This document shows, piece by piece, positions 39,381 through 48,800 of a DNA stretch of 64,000 nt (positions are counted from its first letter, which is position 1; every line of letters starts with the position of its first letter). This DNA comes from an uncultured bacterium (GTDB lineage Bacteria; AUK180). The notes below the pieces were generated by a model. That model was not told where the DNA came from. It saw only the letters and a list, made by a program, of their open reading frames with translations, and ran no database searches. The stretch spans positions 1 to 64,000 of the forward strand of contig CALMGJ010000012.1 of assembly GCA_937863565.1 (NCBI GenBank), read 5' to 3'. The position numbers and the translations under genes were made by a program.

Positions 39381-39453
39381 GGCGGGATAGCTCAGTTGGT
39401 AGAGCGAGGGACTGAAAATCCCTGCGTCGCTGGTTCAATTCCGGCTCCCGCCA
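39381..39453 (+). tRNA. tRNA-Phe(GAA)
   Basis: Acceptor GGCGGGA/TCCCGCC; AGGGA-CTGAAAA-TCCCT. Confidence 0.95.
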
Positions 39454-39461
39454 CTTTTTAA

Positions 39462-39538
39462 GGGCGATTAGCTCAGTTGGTTAGAGTACCACGTTGACAT
39501 CGTGGGGGTCAGTGGTTCGAGCCCACTATCGCCCACCA
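39462..39538 (+). tRNA. tRNA-Val(GAC)
   Basis: CCACG-TTGACAT-CGTGG; encoded CCA. Confidence 0.95.
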
Positions 39539-39542
39539 TTGC

Positions 39543-39614
39543 GGCGGCATAGCCAAGTGGTAAGGCGACGGTCTGCAAAACCGTTATACACCCGTTCGAT
39601 CCGGGTTGCCGCCT
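39543..39614 (+). tRNA. tRNA-Cys(GCA)
   Basis: ACGGT-CTGCAAA-ACCGT; U73 discriminator. Confidence 0.95.
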
Positions 39615-39627
39615 CTTTCGGTTCTAC

Positions 39628-39712
39628 GCCGGGATGGCGAAATTGGCAGACGCAAGGGACTTAAAATCCCTCGCCCTTCTGGGGTGTGTCGGTTCAAGTC
39701 CGACTCCCGGCA
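39628..39712 (+). tRNA. tRNA-Leu(TAA)
   Basis: AGGGA-CTTAAAA-TCCCT with long variable arm. Confidence 0.95.
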
Positions 39713-39859
39713 TAAAATATTGCCCCGTATATTCACGTTATCCAAAAAAAAAGTTGATTTTAATTGGAATATGTAATAAAATAAATATGATCTTTTAAAT
39801 TAGCCGCAGGAGAGGGTAAGGTACCCGTTGGCTGCGAGAGAATATTAGGAGTATTTTGT

Positions 39860-40105
39860 ATGAACAAGACACTGTATGTGGGCAATCTCAAGTACGAATG
39901 CACGAACGATGAATTGAAAAAACTGTTTGAATCCCATGGCGAGATCGTAAAAGCGGTCGTCATCCCCAGAAAAGGCTTCGGCTTTGTCGAATTCCTCGAT
40001 GAAGCTACCGCTCAGAAGGCGATGGACGCTTTGAACAATTCCGAATTCATGGGAAGAAAGCTTTTCATCAACTTCGCGCGCCCGCCGAAAGAAGACAAAA
40101 GCTAA
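39860..40105 (+). CDS. RRM RNA-binding protein
   Basis: RNP2 LYVGNL, RNP1 KGFGFVEF. Confidence 0.92.
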   Translation: MNKTLYVGNLKYECTNDELKKLFESHGEIVKAVVIPRKGFGFVEFLDEATAQKAMDALNNSEFMGRKLFINFARPPKEDKS

Positions 40106-40109
40106 TCCA

Positions 40110-40436
40110 CTATTCGGAGATATACTGTCTTAACTTACTTTCAAGTACCGCTTTAGGGACCGACCCGATTATCTGATCGGCGATCTTTCCTTCCTTGAAG
40201 ATGATAATGGTTGGAATGCTCATAATGCCGAATTTCGCGGCGAGGGACCTGTTGTCATCCACATTGACCTTTCCTACCTTCACTTTGCCTTTGTAATCTT
40301 CGGCTATTGCTTCGATCGCCGGTGCGAGCATCTTGCACGGCATGCACCAGGGCGCCCAGAAATCTACAAGGGAAACACCCTTGTGCTGCTCGATCTCGTT
40401 CCCGAAATTGCTTTCATTGAGAATAATCTCACTCAT
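40110..40436 (-). CDS. trxA: Thioredoxin
   Basis: VDFWAPWCMPC, MSIPT. Confidence 0.93.
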   Translation of the reverse strand: MSEIILNESNFGNEIEQHKGVSLVDFWAPWCMPCKMLAPAIEAIAEDYKGKVKVGKVNVDDNRSLAAKFGIMSIPTIIIFKEGKIADQIIGSVPKAVLESKLRQYISE

Positions 40437-41364
40437 GATATATCTCCTCTAAATATTTTTGCAGTCCGAAAGCCGCATTGGCCCCGTCGCCTACGGCAGT
40501 GGATATCTGATACAATTTTTTCATGACCGCGTCCCCGGCTGCAAAAAGGCCGGGAATCGTTGTTGCTCCGGAAGCGTCGCATATGAGCCTTCCGTCAGGC
40601 GCGCTGTCCGGTCTCAATCCGTCTGCCTGAATGAACTCAGTGGCCGGAGAATTGCCTACGAAAATGAAAATACCGTCCAAAGCGATCTCGGAGATTTCAT
40701 CCCCCTCGGTACTCTTGAACGATACTGCGGTTATCTTCTTATCCCCTTTGATCTCAACAGGGACCTTGCCGAGCAGAAGCTCGATCTTCTCATTCGCCTT
40801 TACTCTCTCCTGCAGTATTTTTGCTCCGCGGAACTCATGTCTTCTGTGGATCAAATACACTCTGGAAGCGAATTTTGAAAGGTAAAGGGCTTCTTCCAGG
40901 GCCGTGTCCCCTCCGCCGATCACGGCAACCCGTCCGTCCTTGTAGAAGGGCGCATCGCATGTAGCGCAATAACTCACGCCTCTTCCGGTGAATTTGGCTT
41001 CACCGGGGATGCCGAGTTTTTTGGCCACAGCGCCCGTTGCGATGATCACGCCTTTAGCGCGCATATCCCCGCCGTAACCCTTCAGGATGAAATCATTTCC
41101 CTCGGGATGTATTGAGGTAATCTCGTCCGAGATGATCTCAACACCGAGGTTCTTTGCCTGTTCCTTGAATTTCATGGAAAGGTCGACTCCGGAAATGCCT
41201 TCGGGGAAACCGGGATAATTCTCGATCATCCAGGTCAAGTTCATCTGGCCGCCTTCGGCCATCTTCTCGATCATTGCAACGGAGAACAATGCCCGTTTTA
41301 AATAAATGGAAGCTGTTAATCCGGCAGGCCCTCCGCCGATCACCGCGGCATCGTAGGTGTTCAT
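40429..41364 (-). CDS. trxB: Thioredoxin-disulfide reductase
   Basis: GGGPAG, GVSYCATCD, GGGDTA, HRR. Confidence 0.95.
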   Translation of the reverse strand: MNTYDAAVIGGGPAGLTASIYLKRALFSVAMIEKMAEGGQMNLTWMIENYPGFPEGISGVDLSMKFKEQAKNLGVEIISDEITSIHPEGNDFILKGYGGDMRAKGVIIATGAVAKKLGIPGEAKFTGRGVSYCATCDAPFYKDGRVAVIGGGDTALEEALYLSKFASRVYLIHRRHEFRGAKILQERVKANEKIELLLGKVPVEIKGDKKITAVSFKSTEGDEISEIALDGIFIFVGNSPATEFIQADGLRPDSAPDGRLICDASGATTIPGLFAAGDAVMKKLYQISTAVGDGANAAFGLQKYLEEIYHE

Positions 41365-41867
41365 ATTTCCTCCAGAAGTTTATATTTCAGAAGATACCCC
41401 TTTATCCGTGCTCCGATATCGGGATCGAAACCCTCAATGCGTTCGATCACTTTCCCCTGAGGATCGAGAATGAAAACGGTGGGTATGGCAGAGACCCCGC
41501 GGAGAAAATCTTTCAAAGAAGGGTTGCCGAAACCCACGGGGTAGTTCATTTTATTCTCCTTTACGAATTTCTTCAAAGATTCCTCGGAAAGGCCGCGGTC
41601 AACACTTATACCTACGACTGCGGCCGTCTTCCCGTACATATTGTGGATCTTGATCAACTCGGGTATGAGCATCCTGCAGGGGCCGCACCAGGTGGCCCAG
41701 ACATCGATGATCACGAGCCGCCCCTTAAATTCGTCCAGATATACTTTTTTATTATCCTGGGTCACGACATGGGGTTTATCGGCCTGTTGCGGTGCCGCAG
41801 CGCAGCTGAGCATGATCACGGTCAGTATGCCTGAAAAAAGAAAAAACGGGTTCCTATTCATTTTCAA
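41361..41867 (-). CDS. TlpA-family thiol-disulfide oxidoreductase (probable lipoprotein)
   Basis: MLS-C lipobox, WATWCGPC, AIPT. Confidence 0.88.
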   Translation of the reverse strand: MKMNRNPFFLFSGILTVIMLSCAAAPQQADKPHVVTQDNKKVYLDEFKGRLVIIDVWATWCGPCRMLIPELIKIHNMYGKTAAVVGISVDRGLSEESLKKFVKENKMNYPVGFGNPSLKDFLRGVSAIPTVFILDPQGKVIERIEGFDPDIGARIKGYLLKYKLLEEI

Positions 41868-42126
41868 AGTGCTCCTTTAATTTTAACAGTATATTGAATA
41901 GTTTTCTGTCTTTGATGCAGTATATGTGCGCATTGCCTTTGCGCTTCACGTCGATAATGCCCGCCGCGCGGAATTTTGAGAGGCTTTGCGATACAAGAGA
42001 CTGGGAGATCCCGGTAAGCCGGGTCAGTTCGTTCACGCAGTACTTCCCGGAAAAAAGAGTGAAGAGTATCTTCAACCTTGTACGGTTCGCTATCAATTTA
42101 AGTGTGGTCTCAATTCGTCGTTCCAT
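41854..42126 (-). CDS. ArsR/SmtB-family transcriptional regulator
   Basis: TRLKIL..CVNEL..SQSLVSQSL wHTH. Confidence 0.88.
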   Translation of the reverse strand: MERRIETTLKLIANRTRLKILFTLFSGKYCVNELTRLTGISQSLVSQSLSKFRAAGIIDVKRKGNAHIYCIKDRKLFNILLKLKEHFENE

Positions 42127-42135
42127 ATTAACCTC

Positions 42136-42171
42136 TTATAATATTATAATATATTAATATAAAAAAGTCAA
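42136..42171 (-). promoter_or_regulatory. sigma70 promoter of the arsR-tlpA-trxB-trxA operon with overlapping palindrome
   Basis: TTGACT-17bp-TATAAT; perfect palindrome TTATAATATTATAA (42136-42149) over the -10. Confidence 0.65.
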
Positions 42172-42251
42172 GCGGTTTTTTTATATATTCGCGGGTGAAG
42201 AATTGACAGCGTATTTTGTTCTAAAAGGGAAAAATGTTAAAATAGGCCGAT

Positions 42252-43310
42252 ATGGACAGAATGCATGCGCCGGCGGGAAAGAACGATCCGGTTAAATACT
42301 TTATCGAGGCACTTAATAAAAGAGCGGAAATAGAAATAATACTTGGGGATATCGCATCTGCGGAGCGTGATCTTCACGACGCGATGAAATATACGAGGAA
42401 AGCCCGTATCATGGAAATGTTTTACAGCGCTCTTCTCACATTGAGCAATATATATGAAATGAGGGGGGAATATGACAGATACAGGGCTGTTACGGAAAGG
42501 GCATTGAAAGGATGCAGAAAGATCGAATATAATGACGGCCTTGCACATGCCATTTCGAATAAAGCGATCATGAGCGGGAATGCGGGCAATATTAGCAGGG
42601 CAATAGAACTCTACAGGGAAGCTCTTGCTATCTATAGAAAAGAAAAGGCTCCCGAAAAAGCCGCGGTGATATTGATCAATATCTCTACTAATTATATGTT
42701 CTCGGGAGATCTTAAGAATATGAAGGCATATGCCGTTAAGGCAATGCTGGATGCTGAAAAATCCGGTAATATGATCATAAAAGCCATGGCTTTGGAAGCA
42801 ACCGGTCTTTTCTATAAGAAAAACAAGGATCCCGCAACAGGGCTTAGATTTTTTTTTGAAGCGCTTGCGATAAGGGAAAAAATAAATGATGCCGAGAGTA
42901 TGGCAATGGGCTGTCACCAGATAGGGCACACCTACCTGGTGATGAAAAAATACGGCAAAGCGCTCGAATATCTGAACAGGGCTCTTGATATCTGCCTCTC
43001 ATTAGGGAATCTGCAGGGTCTTTCGGCAATATTTCATAATCTCGGAGAGGTCTTCCGACGGATGGGCAAACATGATAAGGCCGTTTACTATTACCGGAAA
43101 ACGATCGAAATTGATCTTAAATTGGGAAATCCGCAAAGGAGCGTCGGGCATATGATGGAGTTATGCGATCTTCTCCTTATAATAAAAGAACCCGGCGACG
43201 CCATGAAGGTGGCTGAAAAAGCGCTCAAATTGAGCCTTAAAAACACCAAGGATTTAATAGACACAATCCGGGATAAAATTTCGCAAATCAAGAATTATTC
43301 GAGTAAATAG
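42252..43310 (+). CDS. TPR (MalT-like) repeat protein
   Basis: Repeated ALxxYxxAL / NLG..Y TPR motifs. Confidence 0.8.
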   Translation: MDRMHAPAGKNDPVKYFIEALNKRAEIEIILGDIASAERDLHDAMKYTRKARIMEMFYSALLTLSNIYEMRGEYDRYRAVTERALKGCRKIEYNDGLAHAISNKAIMSGNAGNISRAIELYREALAIYRKEKAPEKAAVILINISTNYMFSGDLKNMKAYAVKAMLDAEKSGNMIIKAMALEATGLFYKKNKDPATGLRFFFEALAIREKINDAESMAMGCHQIGHTYLVMKKYGKALEYLNRALDICLSLGNLQGLSAIFHNLGEVFRRMGKHDKAVYYYRKTIEIDLKLGNPQRSVGHMMELCDLLLIIKEPGDAMKVAEKALKLSLKNTKDLIDTIRDKISQIKNYSSK

Positions 43311-43352
43311 TAAAAGTAAATAGTTATAATGCCGACTTTTTTAAAAATTAAC

Positions 43353-43381
43353 TTGCTTTTTTAAAAATTATCTGTTATAAT
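43353..43381 (+). promoter_or_regulatory. sigma70 promoter of second RRM gene (long leader)
   Basis: TTGCTT-17bp-TATAAT with extended TG. Confidence 0.6.
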
Positions 43382-43527
43382 AATCTTTATTGAGTTCTTT
43401 CATGTTCTTGACGATAAATACACGGCCAAACGAACAACCTTTGGCGTTCTACGATCTTAAGGCGGCGTTCCGTGTTTATTCTATCAGATCAGAATCCGTG
43501 AACGCTCAAAATTTATGGAGGATGTCT

Positions 43528-43812
43528 ATGAACATCTACATCGGAAACCTGCCTTACGAGGTAACGGACGACAAACTGCGCGAACTGTTCGCGGCGCATG
43601 GCGAAGTATCTTCTGCTATGGTCATTAAAGACAAAATGACGGGCCGCTCGAGAGGATTCGCTTTCGTGGAAATGCCCAGTGACGATGATGCCCAGAAGGC
43701 GATCGATGCACTGAACGGTTCTAACGTTGACGGTAAAAACATCGTTGTAAACCAGGCCAAGCCCAAAACCGACAACAGGTCGGATGGCAGAAGGGGATAC
43801 GGAAGAAGATAA
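43528..43812 (+). CDS. RRM RNA-binding protein (Rbp-type, Gly/Arg tail)
   Basis: MNIYIGNL, TGRSRGFAFVEM; GGAGG SD places the start at 43528 rather than track start 43390. Confidence 0.93.
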   Translation: MNIYIGNLPYEVTDDKLRELFAAHGEVSSAMVIKDKMTGRSRGFAFVEMPSDDDAQKAIDALNGSNVDGKNIVVNQAKPKTDNRSDGRRGYGRR

Positions 43813-43847
43813 CCCCGAGGGGTCATCTTATCAATTAGATCTCCGTA

Positions 43848-43899
43848 AGTCCGGATAATAAGTATCTTTTAGATGGCTGTTATCCGGACTTTTTTTTTT
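43848..43899 (+). terminator. Rho-independent terminator
   Basis: AGTCCGGATAA...TTATCCGGACT stem followed by a long T run. Confidence 0.8.
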
Positions 43900-43926
43900 A
43901 ATTCGAAAAACAAAATATCCTTTTTT

Positions 43927-43955
43927 TTGACTTTTTCAATAAAAATCATTATAAT
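43927..43955 (+). promoter_or_regulatory. sigma70 promoter, probably leaderless
   Basis: TTGACT-17bp-TATAAT, ATG 6 nt downstream, no SD. Confidence 0.65.
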
Positions 43956-43961
43956 TATTGT

Positions 43962-44741
43962 ATGAGGCAAATGGTATTTATACCCTTATTGGTGTTTTTC
44001 CTTCTTGCCGGTGTCTTTTACGGGGAAGATATTCAATACGAAGAAAAGATCAAAGTCATTTATATCATTTATGAAGGATTCTATGAAACAGGAAAAGAAG
44101 CATCTTCGCAGTTGGACCTTCTGCGCCTTTCGGGATTCAAGGGAATGGAGCTCATTACAAAAAAAGTAGACGGCGTTATCAAGTACGGAATAAAGATCCT
44201 TGAAACAGATTCTTATGAAGAGAACAGGAAGATGACCGCCAGATTGAAGATGAACCGTTTCGGTGCGGTTGTATATCAAAGAAAAGAAACCTATAAAGTT
44301 CCTGTTGCCAAAGCGGATGAACCAAAAGTAGGGCCCGACGGAAAAATAATAAAGCCGTCCCCGGTACCCCTTAAACCGAAAATAATCCCGAAGGCAGAGT
44401 TGATCGCAAAGGCTACGAAAGAAAGAAAAGCAGTGGTGATCTCTTCTGCCGGACTAACGCTTATCTGCTCGCTTCTTTCCGGATACTACTATGGTCGAAC
44501 CGCGTCATTTCACGACGATTATTTGGCCTCCTCTGACAGAAGAGAGATAAATTCGCTCTGGAACAGCGTACAGGTGAACGATGAACGGTATAAGGCTTAC
44601 CTTGCTGCGGGGACCGCCTTCGGCACGCTGGCCGTTTACGAGCTGTTCTTCGGGAAAAGATACAAGCAGCTTCGCAAAGCGGAAATTAAGATCAGGGAGA
44701 GGGGTAATACACTATGCTTAAATCTGTCTTTCCGATTCTGA
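43962..44741 (+). CDS. Secreted protein with Pro/Lys linker and C-terminal hydrophobic hairpin (DUF5683-like)
   Basis: Signal peptide; two late hydrophobic helices; terminal LNLSFRF. Confidence 0.55.
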   Translation: MRQMVFIPLLVFFLLAGVFYGEDIQYEEKIKVIYIIYEGFYETGKEASSQLDLLRLSGFKGMELITKKVDGVIKYGIKILETDSYEENRKMTARLKMNRFGAVVYQRKETYKVPVAKADEPKVGPDGKIIKPSPVPLKPKIIPKAELIAKATKERKAVVISSAGLTLICSLLSGYYYGRTASFHDDYLASSDRREINSLWNSVQVNDERYKAYLAAGTAFGTLAVYELFFGKRYKQLRKAEIKIRERGNTLCLNLSFRF

Positions 44742-45835
44742 CGGCGTTATTACTTTTGACCTTCGCGGGCTGCTCCTTCGACCGGGACAATCCGCTGGAC
44801 CCCTATTCGGAAATTGCCCAGAACGCTCCTTACGACGTAATGATAACTAATATGCCGGAATATCTCGATTACAGCGATACGGTAGCACTCACCGCATCTG
44901 CAAAGGATTATGAACAGGATGCGATAACATATCAGTGGAGTTCGAACGGAGGATCCTTCTCCGTGTCAGCGGGAACGGATACCGTGTTCACGGCGGGTAA
45001 CACATACGGGGTTTTCAGGATCACATGCAGAGCAACGGACGAAGCGGGGCTCTGGACCGATAAAACGGAATACCTTCAAATAGGGAAAACATTTCAAGGA
45101 GTTCTTGTTAAAAGCGAGATATGGACCGGGCCCCACACCGTAACGGGCGACATCCTTGTACCGCGGGGGAAAACGCTGACGATCATGCCGGGCAGCACGG
45201 TTACTTTTGCCGATACGGATTCGGCAGACCTCGGCGGAAGCTCATTGATCGAACTCATATGCAGCGGTTCGCTTATCCTTGCAGGGACATCGTCACAACC
45301 TGTCATTTTAAAAGGAGCGAACGACGAAACGGGGGTCTGGGAAGGCATCGTTTTCTCCGGAGAAACGCTGGACCTCTCATATACCGAGATAAAGAACACA
45401 AAAACTGCGCTTTATACGAATAAGCTCGATGCAACATATATAACCGTGAATAAAACGGAAACGGGGATCATGCTGGTCGATTCGGAAATAACGGTCAACA
45501 GACTAAGATACAGTTTTATTTCGGAATGCGTCTCGTGTATCATCATAGAGAATTCGACCCTTCAGGTTAACGATTCCGGTTTTTCATCCTGCGTAAGAGG
45601 CATCATCGTCAATCCCAACGCGACCGCTTCGCTCGGCGACCTTTTTACGCCCGGGAACAATGATTTTAATGCCGCGTCGTATCATGTGGTGAACCTTTCA
45701 ACTAATATGATTTTTGCGCGAAACAATTACTGGCACTCGCTGAACAGCGAGGATATCGACCAAATGATCTATGATAATGAAGAAGGAGCTACCGGATGGG
45801 TAGACTTTACAGGCTTTCTCTTGTCTGCGCCCTGA
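44714..45835 (+). CDS. Lipoprotein with Ig-like domain and right-handed beta-helix
   Basis: FAG-C lipobox, RDNPLDP, TYQWS, VTGDILVP.GKTLTIMPG, ARNNYW. Confidence 0.7.
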   Translation: MLKSVFPILTALLLLTFAGCSFDRDNPLDPYSEIAQNAPYDVMITNMPEYLDYSDTVALTASAKDYEQDAITYQWSSNGGSFSVSAGTDTVFTAGNTYGVFRITCRATDEAGLWTDKTEYLQIGKTFQGVLVKSEIWTGPHTVTGDILVPRGKTLTIMPGSTVTFADTDSADLGGSSLIELICSGSLILAGTSSQPVILKGANDETGVWEGIVFSGETLDLSYTEIKNTKTALYTNKLDATYITVNKTETGIMLVDSEITVNRLRYSFISECVSCIIIENSTLQVNDSGFSSCVRGIIVNPNATASLGDLFTPGNNDFNAASYHVVNLSTNMIFARNNYWHSLNSEDIDQMIYDNEEGATGWVDFTGFLLSAP

Positions 45836-48800
45836 TCCTTATCTTTGCCGGAAGCATCCGTGCGGCCCCGAAAATGGAATGGGGGCTGATGGTAGGCAAC
45901 AGCGGAGCGCCCGCGCATTACAGGAAGGATGACGGTCTGCGCGTGGATTTCACCGTTATTCTGAAAGTGACCGGGGATACTTCAGTAAAAGCCGACACTT
46001 TCGCCGCATCCCTTTCACTGGCGTCCGGATTTGATTTCCCCGCCGGAGAAACGTCAGTCAAAACCATAAAGAACTTGTACCCGAACCAAGTAAAATATCT
46101 TTACTGGAACATTAAACCGCCGGGAACGACGATGACCGTCGCCAACGCGCTCACAATGAACGCATCATACTGGGTATCCGGTATTAAGTACGATCTTTCC
46201 GCGATAACGAGGAATATGAATGTTGAGGAGTCCTTCTCAACTCCTCAATTCCAGGTCACCAATAATATCGTTGGCGATCTGCTTCCCGGAGGATATGTGG
46301 AGGTCGTGCAATCCGTCACCATTTCGGGCGGGAACAATAACAGGCTGGCATGGGGGAATTTCTTTGACAGATATGATGTGGTGAAGCTCGTCGATATAAA
46401 ATCAAATGTTCCTTTTCACTCGGACCCGCAGACCTACTCACCTTATGCGGCGCCTCTCGGCACCTATGAAATAACTTATAAATTCTACATAGAACCCAAT
46501 GCTCCCACGAATGTCATTTCTCTTAATAATTATTTTCTCGGAGATACGGGAACGCAATGGCGCACGCAGGATTCACAGACGCTCGGAACGGGGATCGGAA
46601 GCTGGGTGGTCTACCCTCAGGGTTTCCAGGGCACGGTCACGGAATGCCGGTCAGGCATAGGCGCTCCGGGCATCCCTGTTTCCGTTTACCGGATGGATAA
46701 TACGCTCTATGACAGCCGGCCGGCAACTCTCTCGAACGGGAGTTATGCTTTCGGTGTTAAAGACGACGGTATCTATAAACTGTACTTCAACGATCCTGCG
46801 GACGCGGATTTCGATTCTGCGTACAGTTCTTTCCTTGACGATAACGGCGGTGCGGGATACTCGATAAGCAATGGAACGATCTACACCGTTAATACCTGTC
46901 TTTATCATTACACATCCGGCGCGATCTACTTTGACAGCTCCATATACCGTGACGGGGATACTGTAAAAGTGACCGTTGAAGATCACGATCTCAATCCCGA
47001 TCCGAATGTAAAGGACACTGTAAACATCATCCTAAACTCCACCGCGGGCGACAGCGAGAACCTCACTCTTACCGAGGTACTTCCCGATGTTTCGGTCTTT
47101 GAAGGGACGATAAGCGCGGATATCGCCGCATACGTACGCTGGGACGGCACATTACAGGGTGCAAATGCGAATACCGTAACGGCCCGTTATTACGATCTTA
47201 AGGATTATCTCGGGGGTGCTTCATATCAATATGCGTACGCAGCGCTTTATGCGACGACCACATCAGATCTTCGGTTCACCGATGCTTCATTTGCCGATGC
47301 ATCAGGTTATGCAGTGGGCAATACGGTCTACATACAGCTTACGGACTTTGACGAGAATGAAAATCCGGCTGCCGTGGAAACGGTATCCGTAACAGTATAT
47401 AATAACGATCATACCGATACAGAGACCGCTCTACTTACCGAAACGGGGACCGCCACAGGTATCTTCAGGGGATCACTTCCCCTTGACTATAAACCTGCCT
47501 CTCCGGGTAATTCAACGGTGAACGCTGATCCGGGGCAGGTCATTTACGCATTCTATTCGGATAACAATGACCCTACCGATACGGACATCGACAGCGCCAG
47601 TATCGTTGCCAAAACCGCCTCCGCCGTTTACTTTACGGACTTCGTGGCCAGAGCGTACAAATATATTGCGGGAGAGGATACGGCCAATATCTATCTCTCC
47701 GATGCCGACAGGAATCTCTCCAATACCGTAAAAGAGAAGCTCTCCGTTGTCATTACAAACTCATCGGATACGGAAACGATGAATCTTCTGGAAACCTCCG
47801 TTGCAAGCGGGATCTTCACCAATACACTGCCGATGACGATAGGTGATTTCGCGGGTACAAGTTATGACGGGACCCTGAATCAGCCCGTTGACGGGGCGCT
47901 TACCGTTCTTTATGTCGATGGGAATGATGGTGCGGATACAGCAACAGACACGGTACAGTGCGTAATTCCCTCATCGGCCTCCGTGGCCTTCCTCGATTCA
48001 CTCGGCGCTTCCGCCACGTATTATATCATCGGAAAGAATATTTTCATCGAAGTGAACGATCCCGACCAGAATAAAAACCCCCTTTCCGCCGAGAACCTGA
48101 GTGTCAGCGTAAGCGCATCCGTTTCGGGAGATGCCGAAACGGCAGTACTTTCGGAAACAGGTACGGACAGCGGGATCTTCAGGAACATGATAGGACTTCC
48201 TCTTACCGAGGGTTCCTCCAGTAACGGGAACGGGACCCTGGAGGCAAGCGATCCGGATACCGTAACGGCATCATATACCGATCCGACGGACCCGGCGGAC
48301 AATGTTCAGATAAGCGTTCCCGTATGGTCCAACGCCTTCTCTTCAAGCATATATTTCACCAATTCGTCCAAAATATCCGTTACGGGATATATTGCCGGCA
48401 ATCCGGTCTACATCCTTATTTCGGATATGAATCTGAACATCGATGCCGGAAAGATCGACACGGGAACGTGCGTGGTTTTCAATGATACGGGAACGGACAG
48501 CGAGAGCGTTGTTCTTTATGAGACATCTTCAAATTCCGGCATCTTCTTCTCGGGAGGACTCGTTTCGAAGACGGGGGCATCGGTTCCCTGGGACGGCTCG
48601 ATCTCGTTCAATAACGGAGGCTTTATTTTCGCCAGGTATACCGATCCGTATGACGCTTCCGATACGGCTCTGGATTCCGCATACACCGTTATTAAGGCAG
48701 ATTCCACATTCACCACAACGGATGATGACCTTAATCCCGCGTCGGTATTTCTGATCGGACAGGATATCCATGTTCTCGTTACTGACGGGAATGTGAATCT

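Noticed and set aside
39287-39760. tRNA-targeted genomic island or att site
   Set aside because: No integrase, and I saw no duplicated tRNA 3' end in the window
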